A DNA stretch of 64,000 nucleotides from Rotaria socialis (taxonomy: Eukaryota). The DNA lies in assembly GCA_905331295.1 (NCBI GenBank), contig CAJNYD010000584.1, forward strand, positions 1-64,000, read 5' to 3'. Positions 10,237 to 20,442 of the stretch are shown here, piece by piece. The notes beneath the pieces were generated by a model. The model had not been told where the DNA came from. It did not search any database and worked only from the letters and a program-made list of their open reading frames with translations. The position numbers and the translations under genes are program-made. Position 1 is the first letter of the stretch, and each line of letters starts with the position of its first letter.

Positions 10237-13200
10237 TAGACAAGGGAGGATAAATCGATTCTGGTGTGAAGTGCACACTAAAATCGTCACAATAAGACCT
10301 GCCATTCGACTGGTAAATTTTTTCTTGTCTCCAATAGGACGAAACACTAGATACTAGTGTCTGTAATCATGCAATAAACTGTTTGCTAATGTCTAGAGTC
10401 ATTAGTGTTTTTTTTTTGTATTTTAATCGCGAAAAGAAGGAATTCGACGACTAATTTCTGTAGACTATAATTAACTGTGAAGGCAGTAATTAATCTCTGC
10501 AATGGAAAGAGGATAGAGACTCGGAAAATCTTGTGCTAAAATTTACATTCGCCACTTTCTTCAAAACTTTATGCGAGTTTCGGAAAACTTGATTACTGCA
10601 ACCAACTGTGCCCGGCATGGATTTCCTGAATGAACAGCTATTTAAAAGAAAACTATGAGCTGAGTAAGGGAAATATCGATATTCCATGCAGTAGGTTCTT
10701 TTATTCCATCCTGAGCTGATCCATTGAAGCCTCTAAATTAGGAAGGTTTTGTATACCGTGCTATCCTACGAGTTAATATTCTAGTAAAATTTCCGAATAA
10801 TCCGTATTTTCTTTTTATTCATTTTTATCGTTATTTTCCTCATCGTTATTATCTATTTATGCATTTATCTTTCTTGCTTCTTTTTATTTCTGCTGGATTG
10901 TTTTAGTACGTTCACTGGAAGTTTGTAAGATCTTCTAATATAATTGATACTGAAAGCGATCAATTTTTTAAAACTTTTGAGACAGTTCTCCTGTGAGAAA
11001 CTAATTAGTTGTTCTCTTGGAATTTCAAGATATTTGTAACTGATGTGAGATCAGAGTTTGAAATTGAATCAAACGCAACTCTCACCTTGACTAAAAAATA
11101 ATCTCTGATTAGGTATCAATCATGACTAACCACACCGCTGTTATGTAGGTACTAGGTATCTGTTCTCTGTATCTTAAATTTTTTCAAATTGCATAGATCT
11201 TTTAATGTGAGAAACCCAGAAAACTGTTTAACTATTTTGTATATTTTATTTGAGAATGAGGTACACTTTATTCGTTTGTTTCAAGATAGGTAATTTTAAG
11301 GGAAGTAAGTCCCTGTGTACAAGCTTTCATGGCTACGTCATTTTTCATAAACTTAGTATGGATTCCCAGTTGTTTACAGTATTTTGCCTTAGCAATGCTT
11401 GAAAATTTTCTAATCAATACATACGTACATTTCTGTTATGTGAGTAAGTACTGTTTTCTCCTTTCATTGCATTATTGGTAGCAAAGTTATCAACCGCGGG
11501 TTTGACAGGCTATGACTCTGCTACATACTCCACTTCCCTAATCCACATGGTACGTGAATTCAAAAAACTAAAATGAAATCTTAATATCGCATTTTACTTA
11601 TGCAAAAGTTAACAAACTCATTGGGCTAAGCTTTGACCGCACTGACTGCAGTACAGCTCAGACAATCAAGTTAAAGTTCGACCGAAATTAGAATTTAGTA
11701 TAGTTCGGTTCTTAGCATCTGAATCTTCTTCCAAATAGGTGATACTGATGGCGAAGTTAATTGTGCAATTTCAGAAAATAAGACATTCTTTGATCGATAA
11801 GGAATAACTAACTCTTCATATACAGCATAAGTCCTGATATCCACAGTAGATTCCCTTTGAAGCTTTTGAATTTCTATAGATCAATAGGTTCCTTATTACG
11901 AAAAACCAAAACTGGAGTAAAATTTGATATACGATCTAGATAAATTTTGTTTATGAAAATAAAGTAGTTCTCTTTTTCTCCGTATGAAGCGAGTCGAATC
12001 AGGATTTTCTTTCTAGCTTTGATCGCTGCTGTCAAGCGATATTCAATCGTTAAAAGTTGTTAAAAATTCTTTTTCTAACAGATTTCAAATAGCCACTAAA
12101 AGACATTTTGTCGCATCGCGTATTATCGTTTTCGTTTTCGCGTTCGCTTTCGCATTCTTATTGTATAGTTTTTTCACTAAAACTTATATTTTATTATGCT
12201 TTTTGATGGCTTATGGTAGTATAGCTTCATAAAAGAAATTCCCTTGAATTGCACTAGGAAATAAAAGCATTTTGACAAAATTTTGAAATCACCTGAGATC
12301 ACCTGAAATCACTGAAATCGTTGGAAATCACTGAAATCACTTGAAACCAACGAAATTACTTGAAATCACGAAATCAGTTACTTCCTCCTTGTATTAAATA
12401 ATAAAAGTACAAGCACCCATACTTCTGGTGTAATATCATATAGACTAATTCTCGTTCCACCAGTTGGCAATATTAAATTCGGTCGTAATTCATCACACAA
12501 TTTCAACAATGTTTCCTAGAATTTAAAAAAAAACAGATCAACTTAACATCTAAAAGATAAAAACTACATGCCTTGACATGCAGTTGGTCCTGAATGATCT
12601 TTTTTGGATCATCATAACCAGGGATACTCATTGGAACAAACTAAAATATATTTATAATCAATTATTCGTTTGATTTAAAGAATGCATATGTAAAATAAAT
12701 TCATTTATGCGATAAAGTTACTGAAAATATATAAATATTTGACCAGAGGAAAATAAATACGTTCTTATCAAGCACATATGCATGATCATAGAGTTCTTCT
12801 AAACAAAAACAAACGTAAGAATAAGACATAGTTGATTGTATAACATAGAAAATTGATCCTCTAATTTTTGTGTTTTTCTTTTTCAAACATTCAACATTTT
12901 CTTCATCAAATGAGGATGCTAGTAAATTTGTATTTAATTTAGATAATACTTCCTTGTTACATACATTTTAAATCGTCAACATCACGTCAAAATTCTTCTT
13001 TATTCATATAATTTGTTTCTAAGGATTCAAAATCGGATAGAAGTTCAATAATACCTGTTTTTATCTACATATATGAAAATCATGATAGAATTGAATTTAT
13101 TTGAGAGGAAAAAGAAATCACCTGTTCAAATTTTCAATTTCTATTGGAGCTTATTTTACACAGTCATTTTCAACAATCGATGTTGCTTCACCAGTAATAA

Positions 13201-14911
13201 CATTCAAATAAAAATCAACAGTAGACAGTGGTAGTCGAGATACTGTATTTTTATATATACTAACGTAAGTAATATTTGAGGGTGTGGGCAGATTCAAAGA
13301 AAAATTTCGAGAACAGAAGCACCACATCGTCATAAAAGTAAAATCCTATCTATTTTTTTCTATATCAATTGATAGAAAAAGATGAGTTCTTTGTCTATTA
13401 AATTAATAAGTGATTTCGTCACTACGAAAGTAAGATGAAGCTTATGAAGATCGAATCGATTAACTGTAGATTCTAGACTAAAAAAACTGATGGAAAAGTA
13501 TCTTCTATTCTATTAGCCCTTATATTGGAATCGGAAAGCAAGAAACTGTTTCACTGCCATCAATAAATAATTACAACGTATCATTCTATCAGTTGAGTTA
13601 AGTTCCTGAGTTTCATGGAGATTGAAAGAAAGGCAGCCTCTACCTGTTGACTCAGATGAGTAGTAGTATATATTTACCGATTAAAGTGGAGTCTCGGTTA
13701 TTTGTTGATTATGACAGAAAATTTAAAAATAGTTAATAGATATTTCTTTATTGGTATCGTTTGATTATAGGAAATTCTTCATCATAATTCTATATAAATG
13801 TATCTAATATTTCGATGATCTTAAAAGATTTGTTCATTATCGGAGTAATAAAATTAATTTAATGAGTTCTAAAAGAAAAACGAAATCCAAAACTTTTTTT
13901 GAATATATTCTCATCCTAGTTACTTACTTCAATAATAAGCAAGAAAAGCAAGAAAATAAAATGCTTTTATACAGAAAAAAAAGTATAGAGATACTCCCAC
14001 GCTCGCCGTCGAATGTACTGAAGATTTCAGCTTAGAAAAATACTTTCAGGAATCAAGAATGAAAGAAGAAAATAGAACGAACGTAGAATATTTTAGGTTA
14101 TGATTCGAGATTTTCCTGAATGGATCCGATTAAAGCAGTGATCAATTTAGATTAATTGCTCTCAGAGTAAATATTGATACGATTTACCAGGTGCATNGCA
14201 ACAGTAATCTCAAGTATTTCCTGGAATCTTTGATATCCATCAACTTGATTTTTTAGCGTTAGCTCTTTTAGTATAATAAATCGTGAGTGGAGTATATTTA
14301 TGCGTTGAAAGCCTCGTCTTGCTTTCTCGCTCATTTTCGCTCAAAGGAAACTTATGAAAAGAAAAGTGAAACGGTATTATGAGCGAGATTAACACATAAT
14401 TTTCAACCAAGTCAAAAAAACACTGTTTCATGGAAATCTGTGCTGTAAAGAGTAGCTCTCTGACTCATCTACTTGAATTTAAACTAGAAAGTTTTCTCAT
14501 TTTGATACAACACATTGATTTCGTTTATCATCTTGCATAGTAAGCGAGGAATATATTTGATCTTTATCTTTATCACACTTTTATTATTGACTTTATAACA
14601 ATTTCATGGTGGACAAACTATGAGTCATCGAACTTTAACTTTCAAGCATGTATTCAGAGGTTGAAGACGGGTCTACGAAAATTGGTCGAAAATTTTGTAA
14701 TTGAAGAGCATAAGCGTCTTTTTAAAGCAGCCCGAACTTTGTAGTGTAAAGCTGAAACTAGCACTAATTGCATTATCATGTTAATATTAGAGGAAAGTAG
14801 TGATTCGGACAAATCAATTAGGCATGCATAATAAACGAAAAGTAGTTTAGAACTTACGAAGAAGACTTTCTAATTATTTTAGTAACGTTGCCTGTTTTGA
14901 GAACACGGTGA

Positions 14912-14934
14912 CCACCTCACCCACACCCACACCC
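14912..14934 (-). repeat. Interstitial telomere-like tract
   Basis: Minus strand reads GGGTGTGGGTGTGGGTGAGGTGG (TGTGGG units plus a TGAGG variant) in otherwise very AT-rich DNA. Confidence 0.65.
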
Positions 14935-15525
14935 TTGAATATATAATATCTTTAAGGAACTCTCATGTATTTTTTCAAATCGTTTTCTCGTTCAGTATCT
15001 CTTATGAGATGCTACATTACAGTCTTCCCCTACAAAGAGGTACCTGAGATGTTATCATTTAGCAATAATTTCATATTTGGATCGCTTGTAAGGATAAAAT
15101 CTAATTCAAACGGTATTCATATATTTATATGTTTGAATCCAAATGTTTCAAAACGACAGAATAGACTTCGCATGAACCTTTGGTTTATTAAAAGAATCAA
15201 ATTAAATATTAGAAACTCTCTCGGACTAAGCAATATATTACTTATGAAACTGTCAATGAGATTTTTAGTAATTGAATCTAAATAAAAGGTCAGTCAACAA
15301 TCCACATCCAGCTATACACAATGGCTAATACGTTGGATACACTTATCACTATATAGAGACATGGAAAATAGCATTGTTGAATTCTTACGCCAAAACTTGT
15401 ATGATTGTTTATTATTTATTAAACATGGTCACCCATTTCAGTAGAGAATTAGCGACGCTTACGTCGCGTTACTTGTAGAGTTTCTATCAAAGTCTATGAT
15501 CTAATCAGCATAGGAGTTTTTCTAC

Positions 15526-15830
15526 CTGCAAAGTAACATGCAACGGTTTTGTGGGTGAAATTGAAAAGTTTGAATTCAGATAAATTAGGATAATCGGCAA
15601 CAAGAAGAATACGTTCCATAGATTCGGATTCAAAAATAAATCATTTAACATTAAAATCAATTTTTGGTAACATATTAATGCAGAATTGATCAAGCATTCA
15701 ATCAACTTACGTTGTTAATACAAAATTGAGATTGTTAGTGAACATTTTTCCTTTGTATCATCATATCAAGTGGTTGATCATCAACATCCATATTATGATT
15801 CATTTTCGGATGTTAATAATGAACATTTAA
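15526..15830 (-). pseudogene. Decayed paralog of exon 1 of the neighbouring F-box/LRR gene
   Basis: MLDQFCINMLPKIDFNVK*FIFESESMERILLVADYPNLSEFKLFNF...YFA|gt aligns to MLDQFCSQILPKINHKIKCLHLESSSMERILLATNYPSLDELSLCNI...YFL|gt of the intact gene, with the same donor position and an in-frame stop. Confidence 0.75.
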
Positions 15831-16390
15831 ACAGTCTATTAGAAGAAAAAATCTTTAGCAATACTCTCAATTTTGTATCCACTGATAATATTTCTTAAAT
15901 TGATCAACACAAATGTAGAATGTTCTATTCTTGAATCACTTTCAATGACATCTATTCTTCTTACCGTTGATAAATCCAAATTTTACTTTTCAATTTCATA
16001 CAAGAATTAAGTTTAAATTATTATTGAAACACTCAATCTATCATATTGATCATTAAATATTTTTTTCTTTTCAACTCTTACTCATTTATATAATAATATG
16101 CACAGATTTTGTATGTTCTATCTTTTTAATTCCTTTTGTATTTGATTAGCTTCAACATCATGTATATTCAAATTTTTACTATACTAAACGTCAGACATGA
16201 AAATATTGACAATGTAAATGAAATTTTGTTTCAACTTGTGTTCAATAAATTGAAAAACATGATAAATTTTGTACTAATAGTTAATATTAAGATGCAATAC
16301 TTAAAAAGAGGATTATGGAAGACATTATTCAGATTTCATTATTAAGTCATATGAAATCAGTTGAGGATATGAATTTGCTAGCATTTACAA
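15815..16390 (+). pseudogene. Second, more decayed F-box/LRR-family remnant on the opposite strand
   Basis: NNEHLNSLLEEKIFSNTLNFVSTDNIS*IDQH...LESLSM resembles VNQRLNTIVHDPIFTNHL...LDQF...LESSSM; many disablements. Confidence 0.45.
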
Positions 16391-16613
16391 CCACTAAGAT
16401 TCATACTCATTTGAGCATCTATATAGGTATTTTGCTTCATGATTGTACATAATATGATACACCCATACCTGCATTCACATTCTAAAAAGCTTTGATATAT
16501 AAAAAGTATATTTTTACGCTTTAAATGTTTTCTCCTTCAGTCTGTTTATTTCATAATGCTTTTATTTTATATAGATTAATTTAGTTTTGAACAAATTTTA
16601 TTTAAATAAACTT

Positions 16614-18472
16614 TTATACAAATTCACAACTACATATTTTTGTATGAGGAAAATATTCTTTTACATATTTAGGAATTCGATATTTACCCAGCAAACTTAA
16701 ACGATGTAATTTTTTCTCATGGATTGGTGTAGCATTTCTTGTAAATTTTTCTGTTACTCTTCTTAGTGCTTGGTAAAGGACAATAAAAGAAATATTATTT
16801 GGCAAACGCATTTTAGTATCAAATAGAAATAGTTCAATATAATCTAAATGAGCTTCAGTAAGATCAAGTGTGATAAGATGAGGATATTCAATAATTGGTA
16901 AATTTTGATTGTCATCACTTTTTGGTTTATCATTTTGAGATTTCATATTTTCTATAATTAGTTTTTTCAAATATGGAAATGATTGAGCAATTCGAAGAAA
17001 AAATTTATATTCAAAAGGTCGTTCGTCATATAATGATATTTTAGTAACACATTTATATAATCCACCTGGAAAATTATTGGTTATTTTACAATATTCGTTC
17101 AGTGTATAAGGGTATGAATAAATATGGCATTGACCTCGCTGAGTGTCTGTAAAATAATCAACATATGAAATAATATGATTATTATGAAAATCGTTGAATG
17201 TATATTGAATATCTTCATTTGATGGTATATTAATTTGACTAAGAACACCAGTAGTTGAACGAATATAAAATTGAAGTTTTTTCAATCGTGACATATTATT
17301 GAGAATATTTTTTTTTAAATCATTACCATCAACAAATCTATTTATATCGCAAATTTTTACATATAAACTAAGTTCTTCTAAATTGATCATTCGATTTACA
17401 AGTGGAACAATTAATCCATCATAAGCACTTGTCACAACATTTGAATACAACGAAAAGTATTTTAAATTAGGCAAATTTTCCTAGAAAATAGAGCAAATTC
17501 CATTTCATTTACATAAATTAGATATTGATTAAAATAATTTACCATATTATTGATTGTTTTCTGTGAAGATTGAATATCAGCAACATTAACATAAAATGTA
17601 TGAAGTTGATTGAAACGTCCATCAAGTAAATAAAGACAATTATCGAAATTGTTTACAGTAACATGCAATTCTAAGAGAGTTGTAGAGGCTAAATCTCTAG
17701 TAAAAGCGTTCAACGATATTCTTGAATACCAAATAGAAGATGAACACAAATTCAAATATTGTAGACTGGTGAAAATTTTAATAATACGTTGAAATATAAT
17801 TGCATTGAAAAATTCTCCACCATTTTCCTTTTCATGCATATTGAAAGTAAGTGATAAAATTTTATTTTTAAATAGATCAGTTAATGCATTTTTGTCTAAA
17901 CACAAATACAAAAGTCATGAAATACCTGTAATATAATTCCTCAGCAATGACAAAAAATACTGATCAATCATTTATCAGATATTTTATGAATTGAGGAATT
18001 TTTAGTCTCAAAAAAACTGCAATGCGACGGTTCTTTTTCTATATATGTGTCTTATTTGTTCTCAATTAAAACAATTGAAATAATATATCTCACCCAAAAA
18101 GTATTGTATAATTGTTTTGAGGGTAATATTACATAAAGAAAGTTCATCTAAACTAGGATAATTTGTAGCTAGAAGAATACGTTCCATAGATGATGATTCA
18201 AGATGAAGACATTTGATTTTATGATTAATTTTAGGTAGAATTTGTGAACAAAATTGATCAAGCATTGAATCAGTTAATGAACATATGGAACCATCCGATA
18301 AATGTTTCAGTAATGCCAAATGATTAGTAAAAATTGGATCATGCACAATTGTATTAAGTCGTTGATTAACATCTATTAAAGAATAGAGAACATCAACTTG
18401 GCACATATTTTTTAAAATCATCATAAGAATTTCATCAGGCAAATCACCCAATTGAATCGTTGAATGTTTCAT
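16614..18472 (-). CDS. F-box domain / LRR-like protein (bdelloid-expanded family), 3 exons, ~532 aa
   Basis: Exons 18472-18094, 17895-17543, 17480-16614 join in frame with GT-AG introns. N-terminal F-box IQLGDLPDEILMMILKNM..VDVLYSL; LRR-like L..L.L units; CHIYSYPY and DERPFEYKFFLRIAQSFPYLKKL motifs. Upstream ATGs at 18484 and 18544 are also in frame. Confidence 0.88.
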
Positions 18473-19261
18473 GCTTGTTTTCATTTCTGTATATGATTTT
18501 GTAACTTCGATATGCGAGTATTTATATGTACATAGTTCTTTCATCTAACTGATTGATGTCGTCCATGAAAACAAAGGTTCATTTTTCTATAATCCAAGCT
18601 GACTAGAAGTGCGCTAGTGAATCTAAAGACGGCACTTTATTTATTTTTGTTCAAAACAAACGTGATATGAAAACAAAGTGCATTGTTCGAATCTTTTCCA
18701 ATGAAATACTGGCTTATTTTTTCAATTTAGTACCATTTAAAAAAGAACGAAGAAACTCCGACTAAAATATTTAATTTAATTTAAAAGAAATGCAAAAAGA
18801 AAGAATAAGGGTGTGGAGTGTGTGTCTTCGTTTCATTCATTCATACCCATGGCTTCGTTCACACGCTGAGGTCTGAACATAATATTTCGATAAATGTGAT
18901 CGTTCTCTCATAAAATCTTTTGCAATTTATGCAATTCGTCTTACATATAGAAGTGGTAAGCATTGGTAGTTTTGTTGTTATTCTATATAGTAAATCTAGG
19001 ATTATCGATAGAATAATAATTTTTAACGACTCACATTTAATATTTCATTATCAGCAAGCTCGAGAGATAGCTCATTCATTTTCTAATGAATAGTGATTCT
19101 GACGAAGAAGCTAAAAACACAAGTTTTTTTCTTCCCTCTGCATTGAAATATTAAATAAATACGAATATTCAACAAGTTGACATTAGCGCCGCAAAAACAT
19201 TTAGTTTTGAAGGAAACTATTTGATAAACCAATCAGAAACTTTATATATTTTAGTAACTAC

Positions 19262-20442
19262 CAGAGCATCAACCAGGTCACTAGGCCTGCCTGCCTGCCT
19301 GCCTGGGCCTGCCTGCCTGTGACAGGCACAGGCCATGATCTTGAGGCCTGGCCTGTCACAGGCAGGCCAGGCCGAACCCTCGTCCAGGCAGGCAGGCGGC
19401 ATAAAAACACCAGACCGCCTGGCCTGTCTCTATCCTTTATATATATAATTTTATTTTCGATATAAACGTTTTTTTTAATTGAAGTTGGCGCGAATAATCA
19501 GATGAAGTATAGAATAATGTATTGTGTTCATTGTGATTGATCCAAATGATGAATAATGTTCAGTTCAAATTGCATAGTTCGTTTCCTTTCTCCATTCGCT
19601 CTTTGTGTTTTCATTTATCTGTCTTTTTTAATATTACTGATTATTGTTAAAACCTTTCTTATTGATTATTATATAGATCTTTTTTTATCGATTCTTAAAA
19701 TCTTTACTATCGATTATCATCAAGTTTCTTATTGATTAATAGAACCCTAATTCACTCTCCCCCGACGACTCCCCGGGGATTTCTCTGGGGAAAATTAATA
19801 AAATTTTTTAAAATTAAAAAAAAATTTTTAAGTTTTTTAAATTTAAAAAAATTAAGAAGAATTTATTAGTAATTAGAAATTTCATCCATTTTGACCAGAT
19901 AACTCCCGGGGAGTCCCCGCAAAAGAACGAAATCCCTAGGGACTCCCTGGCGATTCATTTAGGGAGAGTTGACTAGGGAATTCGTTCATTGATTGTGGTC
20001 AAAAATTCGTTCTTTATTATTATTATTTAGATCTTTCTCATTGATTATTGCTAAAAATTGTATTATCGATTATCATCAAGATCTTTCTTATCGATTGTTA
20101 AAACCTTTACTTTTTTCTTAATGTTATGCGATGCTGTCTCTGATGTATTCTTTTTTGTATGAAAACTTCGATAAGTAAATGCTTCATCTAGTCATATTAA
20201 ATTAATTAAACTGGTTTTCTTCATTCTCAACATTAATTACATGTTTCTATTCTATCCTCGTAATGATATTAGCATTAAAAAAAATTGACAGGCCTTGTCA
20301 GGCAGGTCAGGCAGGCCGTAGAGAATGACAGGCAGGCAGGCCAGGCCGACCAAATTAGTTGACAGGCACAGGCAGGCTTGAAATGCAAAGGCCTGTCACG
20401 GACCGGCCAGGCCTACAAAAACACGGCCTGGCTGATGCTCTG
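19262..20442. mobile_element. 1.18-kb hAT-type MITE
   Basis: TIRs CAGAGCATCAACCAGG / CAGAGCATCAGCCAGG (15/16); perfect 8-bp TSD GTAACTAC; GCCT/CAGG subterminal repeats; AT-rich degenerate tandem interior. Confidence 0.92.
19745..19978. mobile_element. 234-bp CCC-terminal MITE (CMC/EnSpm-like) nested in the 19262-20442 element
   Basis: TIRs CCCTAATTCACTCTCCC / CCCTAGTCAACTCTCCC (14/17); 2-bp AA flanks on both sides; ACTCCCCGGGGA-type subterminal palindromes. Confidence 0.78.

Larger units (their letters stand above)
9207..12391. mobile_element. 3.2-kb non-autonomous TIR element (hAT or P superfamily) in a gephyrin intron
   Basis: TIRs CAAGGGGGAAGTAACTGATTTC / CAAGGAGGAAGTAACTGATTTC (21/22); perfect 8-bp TSD TATTAAAT (9199-9206, 12392-12399); tandem TGAAATCAC(C/T) subterminal repeats at both ends; no transposase ORF recognised. 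Confidence 0.9.
5920..12640 (-). pseudogene. GPHN: Gephyrin (MogA G-domain + MoeA E-domain) pseudogene interrupted by transposons
   Basis: Minus-strand exons in gephyrin order: KKDHSGPTACQ (~12570-12605); ETLLKLCDELRPNLILPTGGTRISLYDITPE (12515-12423, cf. LILTTGGTG..D.TPE); ATT*VITKKISGLAQTMVVKSLGIIHMAMLSR (9180-9086); RPVA...KNCLDFV...LRRATNLIQ; QDIR/DTDDDIQMSEFALQKNTPLGFADLGLLATVELQIIHVYDESRVVVLSTDSEKILDSN (~6900-6600, cf. GLLATVG...VAVMSTGNE...KIRDSN); LDPQPKYIRVIIIEW (~6060-6010, cf. LDPRPEYHRCILTW). Contains stops, frameshifts and internal deletions. Confidence 0.85.

Noticed and set aside
14010..14870. Hammerhead ribozyme cores near the telomere-like tract (CTGAAGA at ~14018, TTGAAGA...GAAA at ~14661)
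   Set aside because: I could not build stems I-III around either core.
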